This document shows positions 28,460-39,018 of a DNA stretch of 64,000 nt, piece by piece. The translations under genes were made by a program, and so were the position numbers. This DNA comes from Candidatus Woesebacteria bacterium (lineage in GTDB: Bacteria; Patescibacteriota; Microgenomatia; UBA8517). The notes below the pieces were generated by a model. That model was not told where the DNA came from and ran no database searches. It was given only the letters and a program-made list of their open reading frames with translations. Within the stretch, counting starts at the first letter, position 1; every line of letters starts with the position of its first letter. The stretch is from contig CP055308.1 in the NCBI GenBank assembly GCA_013374855.1, forward strand, positions 337,833 through 401,832. The letters are read 5' to 3'.

Positions 28460-29893
28460 ATGAAGACACAAGAAGAAACATTAAAGAGACCACCGGTGGT
28501 TGCCGTTTTGGGCCATGTTGATCACGGAAAAACCTCCCTTCTTGATGCGATAAGAAAGACTAATATCCAAGCAAAAGAAGTGGGGGGAATTACCCAGAGA
28601 ATAGGGGCCTCTGTTGTTAAGACTGATTCAGGAAGAGATGTTGTCTTTATAGACACTCCGGGACACGCTGCGTTTTCTAAGATGCGCTCATGTGGGGTCT
28701 CAGCTTCGGATATTGCCATTTTGGTTGTTGCAGCAGACGACGGTGTAATGCCTCAGACAAAAGAGTCAATTGAATATATAAGGGAAACGAATACTCCTTT
28801 CATAGTTGCTATTACAAAAGTGGATTTACCGTCAGCAAAAGTCGATGTTGTCAAAATGCAACTGTCGAAAGAAGAAATTTTGTTGGAGGGCGAAGGAGGA
28901 GATACTCCCTTTATTCTTGTTTCTTCGAAGACAGGGCAAGGAATAAAAGAGCTGCTTGATGTGATTTTGCTCCTTTGGGATTTGGACGATCGAGGTTTGG
29001 TAAACAATGGTGGGCTTAAAGCAGTAGTTGTAGAGACCAGTCTTACTAAGGCAGGGCCGTCTGTTTCGGTAGTAGTAAAAGAAGGAGTCTTGAGACTGAA
29101 ACAAGAGATTTTTGCAGGGACTGAGAAAGCGAGGGTGAGGGGTTTGATTGATGCTTATGGCAAGCCAGTGAGCGAAGTAAGAGCAGGATACCCAGCCCTG
29201 ATCTTGGGATTTGAGAAGCTCCCCCCTGTAGGTTGCTTGGTTTGTGATAAGATTTTGAGCTCTTCTGTTGTGCAGAATAGTTTGGAAGACAGATATCACC
29301 TTTCTTCTCAGAAGAAGAGCAAGCTAAACGCCATTTTTAAGGCGGAATCTCAAGGGGCGCTTGAGGCAGTTTTGTCAAGTATCCCAGAAGGCGTCTCGGT
29401 AATTGATTTTGGTGTTGGAGAGGTTACAAAGAATGACATCTTGCTTGCAAAGAGCACAGATTCTTTTATTTTTACATTTGGTGTTAAGTTGAGAAGCGAA
29501 GTGGTCAAACTTTCTGAAGCGGAAGGAGTGAAAATTGAGAATTTTGAGATTATTTATAGACTGGTTGAGAGAATCGAGGAAATCTTGTCTAAGAATGAGG
29601 AGAAAATTTTGGGCAAGGCTCAGATTTTGGCAGAGTTTCCTTTTGAAGACAAAAGGGTAGCAGGATGTAAGGTCTTGTTTGGGGAAATTAGCAAAAATGA
29701 TAGGCTCTTGTTAAAGCGAGGAGAAAATGTCTTGGGCGAAGTCAGGGTGCTGTCATTAAAGAAACAGAAAAGTGAGGTTGATAAGGTAACCCAGGGTGAG
29801 GAGTTTGGGATTCTTTTTGTGCCACAGCTTGATTTTAAGGTGCAAGATGTGTTAGTATTGGTCGCCCCTGCCAGTAATTTAGATGGAAAATGA
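28460..29893 (+). CDS. infB: Translation initiation factor IF-2 (minimal, no N-terminal extension)
   Basis: [34 protein letters not shown]. Confidence 0.95.
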   Translation: MKTQEETLKRPPVVAVLGHVDHGKTSLLDAIRKTNIQAKEVGGITQRIGASVVKTDSGRDVVFIDTPGHAAFSKMRSCGVSASDIAILVVAADDGVMPQTKESIEYIRETNTPFIVAITKVDLPSAKVDVVKMQLSKEEILLEGEGGDTPFILVSSKTGQGIKELLDVILLLWDLDDRGLVNNGGLKAVVVETSLTKAGPSVSVVVKEGVLRLKQEIFAGTEKARVRGLIDAYGKPVSEVRAGYPALILGFEKLPPVGCLVCDKILSSSVVQNSLEDRYHLSSQKKSKLNAIFKAESQGALEAVLSSIPEGVSVIDFGVGEVTKNDILLAKSTDSFIFTFGVKLRSEVVKLSEAEGVKIENFEIIYRLVERIEEILSKNEEKILGKAQILAEFPFEDKRVAGCKVLFGEISKNDRLLLKRGENVLGEVRVLSLKKQKSEVDKVTQGEEFGILFVPQLDFKVQDVLVLVAPASNLDGK

Positions 29894-30797
29894 CCTTAGT
29901 GCTTACTTTGATAGAGCAACCTCTGTATTTATAGTTCTTCCTAAAAAACCATATTTTGATCAGGTTGCTGCCGGACTTTCTCTTTATCTTTCATTGTTGG
30001 GGAAAAAAGAGGTTTCTGTTATTTGTCCAAGCCCAATGCTTGTTGAGTTTAATCGTCTGGTGGGGGTGGACAAAGTCGTACAGCATCCTGTAGAAAGAAA
30101 CTTGGTAATCCGTTTTGCTGGGTATAACGCGATGGATATAGAAAAGGTTAATTCCGAGGTAAAAGATGAGGAGCTTTACCTTGTGGTTGTTCCTCAACCA
30201 AACGTTAAGCCTCCTACCAAAGAGCAAGTAAGCCTTTCATACAGTGGGGTGTCTTGTGATTTAATTGTTTTGGTGGGCGGGGCTGATGAATCGCACTTCC
30301 CTATTTTGGCAGATCCAGAGGTGTTGGGGATTCAAAAGATTCATGTGGGCCTTCGTGACATTCGCCAAACTAAAGATAACAACATCCTCTCTTATGTTAG
30401 GAGTTCGTCTTCTGTTTCAGAGTTGGTGGCGGATATTATTCGTGAGCTTGGGCTTGAAGTTGATGTGGACACGGCGTCAAATCTAATAGCAGGGATTGAG
30501 GTTGGTAGTAATCATTATACATCTGAGGGAGTGACCGCTAACACGTTTCAGACGATAGCTGATCTTTTAAGGCTCGGTGGTAGGAGAACGAATTTGTTGT
30601 TTAGATCGACATCTTCTGTGGGGCAGTCTGGCGAGACTCTTCTTGACAAGACGGGCGGTGATAAGTTTTTACGAGGAAATCTTACCCCCGAGAGTGATAT
30701 ACAAGACAAAGGTAAGAGAGAGGCCCCGGAGGCAGATGAAAATCCGCCATCAGACTGGCTCGCCCCCAAGATATTTAAAGGAACATCGGTTAGCTAA
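29883..30797 (+). CDS. DHH/NrnA-like fold protein with degenerate catalytic motifs
   Basis: Position after infB. PYFDQVAAGLSL, SSSVSELV and ASNLIAGI..GSNHY match the DHH scaffold, but DxD and DHH are absent. Confidence 0.6.
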   Translation: MENDLSAYFDRATSVFIVLPKKPYFDQVAAGLSLYLSLLGKKEVSVICPSPMLVEFNRLVGVDKVVQHPVERNLVIRFAGYNAMDIEKVNSEVKDEELYLVVVPQPNVKPPTKEQVSLSYSGVSCDLIVLVGGADESHFPILADPEVLGIQKIHVGLRDIRQTKDNNILSYVRSSSSVSELVADIIRELGLEVDVDTASNLIAGIEVGSNHYTSEGVTANTFQTIADLLRLGGRRTNLLFRSTSSVGQSGETLLDKTGGDKFLRGNLTPESDIQDKGKREAPEADENPPSDWLAPKIFKGTSVS

Positions 30798-30808
30798 TTA
30801 ATTACTTA

Positions 30809-30894
30809 TTGAGATGTTTATTTTTTCGTGATAGAATTATTGTGTTGAAGTCAAGGTTTACCTCGTAGGAGGTTTACTTTGGCTATCGCAAGTT
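30809..30894 (+). promoter_or_regulatory. rpsO promoter and structured 5' leader
   Basis: TTGAGA-17 bp-TAGAAT with TG extension; stem agtcaagg/ctttggct enclosing acctc-gtag-gaggt. Confidence 0.6.
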
Positions 30895-31203
30895 ATGGCG
30901 TTAACACCAGAGGAAAAAAAGAAAGTAATAGAAAGGTTTGCAAGAGAAAAAGGAGACACAGGTTCTCCTGAGGTGCAAATAGCTCTTCTTTCTTCTCAGA
31001 TAGAAAAACTAGTTAGTCACCTCAAAAGTCATCCTAAGGATGTTCATTCAAGGCGCGGCCTTTTGTCTATGATTGCCAAAAGAAGAAGGCTTCTTGTTTA
31101 TCTTAAAAGAAAGGATGAAGCGAGGTATCTCTCCTTGCTTGATAAACTAAAGGCAGAAAAAAAGGATTTAATTGATGAAAACTCTAAAAAGAATTCGAAG
31201 TGA
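30895..31203 (+). CDS. rpsO: 30S ribosomal protein S15
   Basis: [24 protein letters not shown]. Confidence 0.98.
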   Translation: MALTPEEKKKVIERFAREKGDTGSPEVQIALLSSQIEKLVSHLKSHPKDVHSRRGLLSMIAKRRRLLVYLKRKDEARYLSLLDKLKAEKKDLIDENSKKNSK

Positions 31204-33400
31204 GACAGAATTTGGGGGTAAGAAGTTAATTCTTACTTCGGGTGATTTGGCATTTCAGTCGTCAGGTGCCGTAATGGCTCAGTATGGTGAGACTGTAGTG
31301 CTTGCTGCTGTGGTTTTTTCTCCTCTTAGGGAAAAGCTTGGCTATTTTCCACTTTCAGTTGAGTATCAGGAAAGACTTTATGCTGGAGGCAAAATTAAAG
31401 GCAGTCGTTGGGTTAAAAGAGAAGGAAGGCCATCAGATGATGAGATCTTAAGCGGCCGTCTTATAGACAGAAGCATTAGACCACTTTTCCCCAAGGAATT
31501 TTCAGATTACGAGGTTCAGGTTACAGTGACGGTATTGTCCGTCGATCTTGAAAATAGCCCTGATATTGTTGCTGCCATTGCCGCATCTGCTGCTATTGAA
31601 GTTTCGCCAATTCCATGGGCAGGACCCGTGTCAGTTATTCGTCTGGGGCTTAAAGATGGGAAATTTTTGATTAACCCCACAACGTCAGAGCTTGAGTTGT
31701 CAAGTCTTGATTTGGTTGTTTCTACGACGGAAAACTCAGTTGTTATGATAGAAGCTGGGGCAAAGGAAGTTCCTGAAGAAAAGGTGGTCGAAGGTGTAGA
31801 GTTTGCAGTTAAGGAAGGCAAAAAACTTATTGAGTTTATTTCTGATTTTGCTAAAAAAGCAAGAAGCAAAGAAAAAATTAATCTCAGAGTTCTAGATGAC
31901 AAGGCATTTTTAGATAGAGTTGATAAGATAGCTGGCAGGGATATAGAAGAAATGGTAGTCAAGCTTGCTAGGAAAGAGATTAGTTATACCGAGGTTGATC
32001 AATATAAGAATTCCCTTGTTGAAAAGTTTGGGGAGGAAGAAAGACAACACCTGCACGAAGCTTTTGAGAAATTGATGTCCTTGAAATTTAGAAAAATGGT
32101 TTTATCAGGCAAAAGGCCTGATGGGAGGAGAAATGATGAGATAAGGCCACTTTCTGTTGAAGTTTCTGTCTTGCCACGCACTCATGGTTCTGCAATTTTT
32201 CGGCGGGGGCATACACAGGTCTTGTCAATAGCCACACTTGGTGCTCCGTCCTTGGAGCAATTAATCGAGACGGCCGAAGGCGAGGAGACAAAGCGTTATA
32301 TGCACCACTATGTAATGCCTCCTTATTCTTCGGGAGAAACAGGTAGAATTGGTGTTCCCTCAAGAAGAGAGATAGGACACGGTGCTTTGGCAGAAAGAGC
32401 ACTTTTGCCGGTTATCCCTCCTGAAGAGGATTTTCCTTACACGATAAGGGTTGTTTCTGAAGTTTTGTCGTCAAATGGTTCAACATCAATGGCTTCCACT
32501 TGCGGATCTACTCTTGCTCTAATGGATGCGGGTGTTCCTATTAAACGGCCAGTTTCCGGTATTGCTATGGGACTTGTGGTTGAAGATGAGAAAAATTTTG
32601 TTGTTTTGACAGACATTGCGGGAATTGAAGATGGAGCAGGAGATATGGATTTTAAGGTTGCAGGAACAGAAAAAGGTATAACCGCATTGCAGCTTGATGT
32701 TAAGACTTTAAAGCTTGTTCCATCTATTTTGTCCTCTGCTTTGGCTCAGGCAAAAAGGGCTCGTGGACAAATTCTTGAAAAAATGCTTTCTGTGATAGGG
32801 TCACCCCGGAAGGAAATTTCAATTCACGCACCCAAGATTAGGATGATTAAAATTCCACAAGATAAAATAGGCGATCTTATAGGTCCTGGAGGAAGAATGA
32901 TAAGAAATCTTATTGCCGAAACTGGGGCTCAAATTGAAGTAGAGGAGGATGGAACGGTGAATATTAGTAGTACCGATCCTGAGGCTGTAGAGGAAGCTAT
33001 CTTGAAGGTTGAACAATTAACTAAGGAAGCAAAGGTGGGTGAGATTTATGAAGGAACTGTTAAAAGAATAGAGCCATACGGTGCTTTTGTTGAGATTTGG
33101 CCTGGGAAAGATGGTATGGTTCATATTTCTGAGATGAGTAATGATTATGTTAATGACCCTCATGATGTTTTGAAATTGGAAGACAAGATCAAGGTAAGAG
33201 TTAAGGGGATAGATGAGATGGGTAGAATTAGCCTTTCCATGAAACTAGACGAGAAAGGTGAATCGCAAAGAAATGATTTTCCAAGAAAAGGAAACTGGCG
33301 TGAAAGTAGAAGCAAGACTAGAATAAAGAGAAGTTCTGGTGGGCCTCATTTTCCTACAAGCAGGCTCATTGAGGAATTTGAGAAGAAAAAGGGGTATTAA
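31175..33400 (+). CDS. pnp: Polyribonucleotide nucleotidyltransferase
   Basis: [46 protein letters not shown] and S1 domains. Confidence 0.98.
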   Translation: MKTLKRIRSETEFGGKKLILTSGDLAFQSSGAVMAQYGETVVLAAVVFSPLREKLGYFPLSVEYQERLYAGGKIKGSRWVKREGRPSDDEILSGRLIDRSIRPLFPKEFSDYEVQVTVTVLSVDLENSPDIVAAIAASAAIEVSPIPWAGPVSVIRLGLKDGKFLINPTTSELELSSLDLVVSTTENSVVMIEAGAKEVPEEKVVEGVEFAVKEGKKLIEFISDFAKKARSKEKINLRVLDDKAFLDRVDKIAGRDIEEMVVKLARKEISYTEVDQYKNSLVEKFGEEERQHLHEAFEKLMSLKFRKMVLSGKRPDGRRNDEIRPLSVEVSVLPRTHGSAIFRRGHTQVLSIATLGAPSLEQLIETAEGEETKRYMHHYVMPPYSSGETGRIGVPSRREIGHGALAERALLPVIPPEEDFPYTIRVVSEVLSSNGSTSMASTCGSTLALMDAGVPIKRPVSGIAMGLVVEDEKNFVVLTDIAGIEDGAGDMDFKVAGTEKGITALQLDVKTLKLVPSILSSALAQAKRARGQILEKMLSVIGSPRKEISIHAPKIRMIKIPQDKIGDLIGPGGRMIRNLIAETGAQIEVEEDGTVNISSTDPEAVEEAILKVEQLTKEAKVGEIYEGTVKRIEPYGAFVEIWPGKDGMVHISEMSNDYVNDPHDVLKLEDKIKVRVKGIDEMGRISLSMKLDEKGESQRNDFPRKGNWRESRSKTRIKRSSGGPHFPTSRLIEEFEKKKGY

Positions 33401-33445
33401 TAACTTCTTTTTTGTTTTATCTCCAGATGCTATTATTGTATTATT

Positions 33446-34552
33446 ATGGCTGCTGTTTCCACAGATGATATTAGTGTTTATTCGCATAAAAATTTGGACG
33501 AGCCTCTTCCTGTTAGAGATGTAGAGCTTTTGAGACTTAAGTCTTTGGTTGATTCTTCCGATTGCCCTGATGAATTGAAAGAAAGAATAAACACAAGGTT
33601 GGGCCAACTTGATAGGTTGGTGAATTCTCCTTCATTTCTTGATGAGTATGACAGAATTTCCCGCTACATCGATTGGGTTATCAAAATCCCTTGGAACAAG
33701 ACCACTGAGGATATTTTAGATTTGGAAAGAGCCAAGAGAGTTTTAGATAGTCATCACTATGGTCTTGAGGAAATAAAAAATAGGATTCTTGAGTATATAT
33801 CGGTGATGAAATTAAAATCAGAAAAAGGCGAAAAAGATGAAGTTCTTAAAGCGCCCACCCTTTTTTTTGTAGGTTTAGTGGGTACAGGAAAAACGACCAT
33901 TGCTCCATCTATTGCCGAGGCTTTAGGAAGAAAGTTTGCTCGTATTCCTTTTGGTGGAATGGGAGACCCCCTTGACCTTCGTGGGCAATCGAGACTTCAT
34001 CTGGAATCAGAACCCGGTAAAATAATAAAAGCTTTAATTTCTGTTCAAAGCAAAAATCCGGTGATTCTACTTGATGAGATAGATCGTGTGACAGAACAGG
34101 GGAGAAGCTCTATTATGGGTGTTTTAGTTGAGCTTTTGGATCCAAAACAGAATTATGCCTTTGTTGACCATTATGTTGATTATCCGGTTGATCTTTCTCA
34201 GGTTCTGTTTATCGCAACTGCAAACAACACACATAATATTGCTACCGCAGTGATGGACAGGCTTGAGCCTATAAGCATGCCATCTTATTCGGATTCAGAG
34301 AAGATCGCTATTGCTGTTAATTATGTATTGCCTGAAAAGTTAAGATCCGCAGGTATACCAGAGGGGGTAATAAATGTGGCAGATGATGTTTGGCCAATTG
34401 TCGTTCGCCCGCTTGGGTATGACGCTGGTATTAGAACTTTGGAAAGAACAATAGATGGCTTAGTGCGTAAAGTAGCTAGACTTCTGGTTGAAGGAAAAAT
34501 TACCTCTATTAGAATAACAAAGGAAAATGCAAAGGAGTTTCTACCTCAATAA
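33446..34552 (+). CDS. Lon-type AAA+ ATPase module without N-domain or protease domain
   Basis: HYGLEEIKNRILEY, GLVGTGKT, LLDEID, FVDHY...DLSQVLFIATAN, GIRTLER; ends right after the AAA lid. Confidence 0.85.
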   Translation: MAAVSTDDISVYSHKNLDEPLPVRDVELLRLKSLVDSSDCPDELKERINTRLGQLDRLVNSPSFLDEYDRISRYIDWVIKIPWNKTTEDILDLERAKRVLDSHHYGLEEIKNRILEYISVMKLKSEKGEKDEVLKAPTLFFVGLVGTGKTTIAPSIAEALGRKFARIPFGGMGDPLDLRGQSRLHLESEPGKIIKALISVQSKNPVILLDEIDRVTEQGRSSIMGVLVELLDPKQNYAFVDHYVDYPVDLSQVLFIATANNTHNIATAVMDRLEPISMPSYSDSEKIAIAVNYVLPEKLRSAGIPEGVINVADDVWPIVVRPLGYDAGIRTLERTIDGLVRKVARLLVEGKITSIRITKENAKEFLPQ

Positions 34553-34558
34553 TATGTT

Positions 34559-35200
34559 ATGGATAAAGCTTTGGAATTAAAAGAGTTGAAAAGTAGAGCG
34601 CTTGAAGATAAAAATTTACCCTTAAAGAGCGGTGCAACGAATCTTGTTTTTGGAGTTGGAAACCCAAATGCTGAAATTCTTTTTATTGGAGAAGGTCCTG
34701 GTTATTGGGAAGATGTGAAAGCAGAGCCTTTTGTGGGACCTGCGGGGAAACTTCTAGATAAGCTTTTGGAATTAATAAAAATAAAAAGAAGCGATGTTTT
34801 TATTACTAACGTGGTTATGCATCGTCCCCCAAACAACCGAGACCCATTACCTGAAGAAATAGAAGCTTATAAACCTTATTTAGATGGGATAATAAGAATT
34901 ATTTCACCCCGTGTGATTGTGACACTGGGAAGGTTTTCTATGGCAAAGTTTTTGCCTAATGCCTTGATCAGTCGTGTTCACGGCAAGGATTTTTCTGTTT
35001 ATTTTGATGGTCTTAATATTGTGGTTGTACCAATGTATCATCCTGCTGCTGCTTTAAGAAATGGAGATATTATGATAAAAATAAGGGAAGATTTTTTGGG
35101 TCTGCCAAAAATCTTGGAGAAAGCACGATCGGTAAGGGATAAGGTTTATTTGGAAAAAAATAAAGAGGTTTTTGAACAAAAACAGATGGAACTATTTTAA
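34559..35200 (+). CDS. Uracil-DNA glycosylase, family 4-like
   Basis: FIGEGPG, PFVGPAG, RPPNNRDP, YHPAAALR. Confidence 0.92.
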   Translation: MDKALELKELKSRALEDKNLPLKSGATNLVFGVGNPNAEILFIGEGPGYWEDVKAEPFVGPAGKLLDKLLELIKIKRSDVFITNVVMHRPPNNRDPLPEEIEAYKPYLDGIIRIISPRVIVTLGRFSMAKFLPNALISRVHGKDFSVYFDGLNIVVVPMYHPAAALRNGDIMIKIREDFLGLPKILEKARSVRDKVYLEKNKEVFEQKQMELF

Positions 35201-35203
35201 ACT

Positions 35204-36850
35204 ATGGTTAGGTTTATAGCTTTATCTGGAACAACTGATGTTACGGAGAATTTTTATGTTTACGAGACAGAGAGAGATTTGATAGTTGTTGACTGCGGCG
35301 TTGGTTTTCCGGAACCGGATATGTTGGGAGTTGACCTTGTAATTCCTGATTTTTCTTATGTTCGTGATAAGAGAAATAAATTAAGGGGAATAATTATTAC
35401 CCACGGCCATGAGGACCACATTGGAGCGTTGCCATTTCTTATTTCTGAAGTTAGAGCACCTATTTTTTCAACAAAGCTGGTTGCCGGTTTTATTGGTCTT
35501 AAGATGCAGGATTATGGAATATCGAATTTCAGGGTAAATGTTTTTGATCCTGAAAAAGATAGCATCACCCTTGGAGATTTCAAAATATCACCATTTAGGA
35601 CATCTCATTCTATTCCAGACAGCGTTGGCTTTGTTATCGATACTCCTGAAGGGAAAATGGTTCATGCGGCAGATTATAAATTTGATTGGACACCGGTTGA
35701 CGGACGACCCTTTGACATATCAAGACTTTCTTTGCTTTGTTCAAACGGGATTTTAGCTGTCCTTTCTGATTGCCTGGGATCAACATCGCCGGGTTATACC
35801 GAAAGTGAAAAGAATATAGAGGCAAGAATCGGAAGCATAGTTTCGGAGGCAAGGGGTAGAGTATTTTTTACCACCATATCCTCAAATATTTCAAGAATAA
35901 GACAAGCTTTAAATGTAGCTTCTCGGACAAGAAGGAAAGTGGCAATTCTTGGCAAGTCTATTGATTCAAAGGTAAAGGTTGCCAGTCAATTGGGTTATCT
36001 TGATCTGCCGACAAGGTTGGAGAGAAGTGTTAAAGATCTTGAAAGACTGCCGGATGATAAGGTTATGATAATTATTTCAGGGAGTTATGGTCAGCCTGGT
36101 AGTTCCCTTTACCGTTTGGCATTGGGGGAGCATGACCTTTTGAAACTCAAGGAGGGTGATGTTGTAATTTTTTCTTCAGATCCCGCTCCTCCTGGGTCTA
36201 AGGCCAATGTTGACTTTGTTGTTGATAGATTAATTGAAAAAGGAGCTATTGTTCACTATTATGATATTCAGGAAGACTTGCATGTTTCAGGGCACGGAAG
36301 CCAAGAGGATATTAAACTTCTTCTTTCTTTAACCAGACCTAAGTTTGCTATACCCATAGGAGGAACCATTAGGCATATGAGGGCTTTTTCTGATCTTGCT
36401 CAGAGTGTGGGCATAAGTAAGAATTCAGTTTTTGAACTCCACGATGGGGAATCGGTTGAATTTAGAGATGGACGTGCCGTTAAAGGAGCAAAGTTTGAGA
36501 CAAGAAATGTTTTAGTTGATGGTTTGGGAATCGGAGATGTTGGAGAGGTTGTTCTGCGGGATAGAAATGTTCTTGCTCGCGAGGGAGTGGTTATAATTCT
36601 TTTGCAATTTGACGGATCTAAGAAAAAGATTGTAAATCAACCTGAAATTATAAGCAGAGGTTTTGTCTTTGAAAGAAAGCAAAAAGTTTTGTTGGAGAAA
36701 GCCTCTTCTGATTTTTTGTTTTTCTTGAGGAAAAGAATTAATTTAGACAGAAAATCTTTGAAGGATTTGGCAGTTGATTTTTTTGAGCGGTATTTCTTCG
36801 AAAAAACTGGCCGTCGGCCGATGGTGTTGCCCTTGGTGGTAGAAGTTTGA
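35204..36850 (+). CDS. rnj: Ribonuclease J
   Basis: THGHEDHIGA, HSIPD, HVSGHG, RRPMVLP. Confidence 0.95.
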   Translation: MVRFIALSGTTDVTENFYVYETERDLIVVDCGVGFPEPDMLGVDLVIPDFSYVRDKRNKLRGIIITHGHEDHIGALPFLISEVRAPIFSTKLVAGFIGLKMQDYGISNFRVNVFDPEKDSITLGDFKISPFRTSHSIPDSVGFVIDTPEGKMVHAADYKFDWTPVDGRPFDISRLSLLCSNGILAVLSDCLGSTSPGYTESEKNIEARIGSIVSEARGRVFFTTISSNISRIRQALNVASRTRRKVAILGKSIDSKVKVASQLGYLDLPTRLERSVKDLERLPDDKVMIIISGSYGQPGSSLYRLALGEHDLLKLKEGDVVIFSSDPAPPGSKANVDFVVDRLIEKGAIVHYYDIQEDLHVSGHGSQEDIKLLLSLTRPKFAIPIGGTIRHMRAFSDLAQSVGISKNSVFELHDGESVEFRDGRAVKGAKFETRNVLVDGLGIGDVGEVVLRDRNVLAREGVVIILLQFDGSKKKIVNQPEIISRGFVFERKQKVLLEKASSDFLFFLRKRINLDRKSLKDLAVDFFERYFFEKTGRRPMVLPLVVEV

Positions 36851-36898
36851 TCTTCATTAAACAACTTTTGTTTTCTTTGGTATATAATTAACTTGCAG

Positions 36899-39013
36899 AT
36901 GCCAAAAATTAAGAGATTGAAAAGAGCAAAGCAGAAGAAGTCTTTTGAATTTAAGTTAAAGAGAGCAACAGTTTACTCTATCGTTCAGCTTTTAATGTTT
37001 TCTTTTACAGTTCTTTTGATTATTTCTTTCTCTCGTCAGGGTAAGCTGTTGGTGATTGTGAACGATTTGTTGATGAATTATTTTTCTTGGACTTCAGTGT
37101 TTCTCCCATTTATTTTCTTAGTTATGGGGCTTTTATTCTCCCGCTTTAAGACCCCTCTTTCCCAGCCTAATGTAGTGGTAGGTTCTATTCTTTTTTTTAT
37201 TTCAATTATGGGTTTGACTAAAGCGGGGGTTTTAGGTAGGAGTCTTTGGGAGGGAATTGAGCTTTTGTTGACAAAGCCGGGAGCTTTTTTTTCTCTTCTA
37301 ACAGGTTCACTTGTTGGTTTAGTAGTTCTTCTTAACATTCCGTTTGAGGTAGCTTTGTCTTTTGTTTTAGATACTTTTAGAGTCCTAAGGGATTCTCTTT
37401 TTGGATCAAAGATAGGAGTGAAGAAGGGGTTATTAAATAAAAGGGGGAACATAAAAATTGGTGGTTTAGTACCCTCAGTCAATACAACCGCAAGTGCAGA
37501 AACAGTTCAAAGTCAGGGTGGTGCAATGTCTGGTTTGGGTTTAAGTTCCACGTCGGTTATAACAAATCAACCTGGAAGCAATGAACCTTGGAGATATCCT
37601 GACATTTCTATTTTTTCAACTACACAATCCGGTGTTGCTGATAGAGGAGATGTCAATGAAAATGCGGCTATTATAGAAAAAACATTGGATGATTTTGGTA
37701 TATATGCAAAAGTTGTTGAAGTTAATTATGGGCCAGCGGTTACCCAGTATGCCATTCAGGTTGCCTCCGGCACAAAGCTTTCAAAAATTACGGCACTAGA
37801 GCGAGATTTGGCTTTAGCTCTGGCCGCTCCGACAGGTACTATAAGAATCGAAGCACCCATTCCTGGCAAAAGCTTGGTTGGTATAGAACTTCCCAATCGC
37901 AAACCAGAGTTTGTTTCAATACGTCAGATGCTTGAATCTGATGTTATGGCAACAAACCCTTCCAAACTTTTGGTTGCATTAGGTCTTGATGTAACCGGTA
38001 AGCCTGTTGTAGCTGATTTGGGAAAGATGCCTCACGTTTTAATAGCAGGACAGACTGGTGCAGGTAAGTCAGTTTGTCTTAATACTTTTCTGGCATCTCT
38101 TCTTTTCCGATCATCTCCGTCTGAAGTAAAACTTGTGCTTGTAGATCCTAAAAGAGTCGAGATGGTCCACTATACAGGTATTCCTCATCTTTTAACGCCT
38201 GTAATCACTGATTATAACGAGGTTATTAATGTTTTGCGGTGGGTTGTAGACGAAATGGAAGCAAGGTACAAAAAGTTTGCTGAAGTGGGAGCCAGAAATA
38301 TTGATACCTACAACGAGATGTCTGGGTTCCAATCTATGCCATATATAGTAGTAGTGGTTGATGAGCTTGCTGAGATAATGCTTTTTTCACCGGTTGAGGT
38401 AGAAGAAAAAATTACAAGGATTGCCCAGAAGAGTCGTGCTACAGGAATTCATATGGTTCTTGCCACCCAGAGACCTTCGGTTAATGTTATTACCGGGCTT
38501 ATTAAGGCTAATATTCCCTGTCGTATAGCCTTTAAAGTTGCGTCGCAAGTTGACTCACGTGTTATTCTTGATCTACCTGGTGCAGAAAAACTTTTAGGTA
38601 GAGGAGATATGCTTTATTTGCCTCCAGATCAGGCAAAACCAATTCGTATTCAAGGTGCTTTTGTCTCCGATAAAGATATTCTTAATCTTACCTCTTACCT
38701 TAAAAATTTGGGTGTTACCCCTCAGTATGTAGAAGAAGCTACTAAAGCACCGGCAGGTGGAAGCTCAGTTAGTTTTCAGTCAGGGGGTAAGATGGACGAG
38801 AGATTTGCAGAAGCGGTGAGGCTTGTTTGCCAGTATGATAGGGCGTCAACTTCTTTATTACAGAGAAGAATGTCTATTGGTTATTCTAGGGCAGCCAAAA
38901 TTATTGATCAACTAGAAGAGGCGGGAGTGATTAGCTCACCTCAGGATGGTTCTAAAAGAGAAGTTTTAATAAGTGATGCTGAGGATTTTCTCTCATCTTT
39001 TGGTAAAATGTAG
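36899..39013 (+). CDS. ftsK: DNA translocase FtsK/SpoIIIE
   Basis: N-terminal TMs, PHVLIAGQTGAGKS, LATQRPSV, GAEKLLGRGDML, gamma domain LQRRMSIGYSRAA. Confidence 0.96.
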   Translation: MPKIKRLKRAKQKKSFEFKLKRATVYSIVQLLMFSFTVLLIISFSRQGKLLVIVNDLLMNYFSWTSVFLPFIFLVMGLLFSRFKTPLSQPNVVVGSILFFISIMGLTKAGVLGRSLWEGIELLLTKPGAFFSLLTGSLVGLVVLLNIPFEVALSFVLDTFRVLRDSLFGSKIGVKKGLLNKRGNIKIGGLVPSVNTTASAETVQSQGGAMSGLGLSSTSVITNQPGSNEPWRYPDISIFSTTQSGVADRGDVNENAAIIEKTLDDFGIYAKVVEVNYGPAVTQYAIQVASGTKLSKITALERDLALALAAPTGTIRIEAPIPGKSLVGIELPNRKPEFVSIRQMLESDVMATNPSKLLVALGLDVTGKPVVADLGKMPHVLIAGQTGAGKSVCLNTFLASLLFRSSPSEVKLVLVDPKRVEMVHYTGIPHLLTPVITDYNEVINVLRWVVDEMEARYKKFAEVGARNIDTYNEMSGFQSMPYIVVVVDELAEIMLFSPVEVEEKITRIAQKSRATGIHMVLATQRPSVNVITGLIKANIPCRIAFKVASQVDSRVILDLPGAEKLLGRGDMLYLPPDQAKPIRIQGAFVSDKDILNLTSYLKNLGVTPQYVEEATKAPAGGSSVSFQSGGKMDERFAEAVRLVCQYDRASTSLLQRRMSIGYSRAAKIIDQLEEAGVISSPQDGSKREVLISDAEDFLSSFGKM

Positions 39014-39018
39014 CTTCT

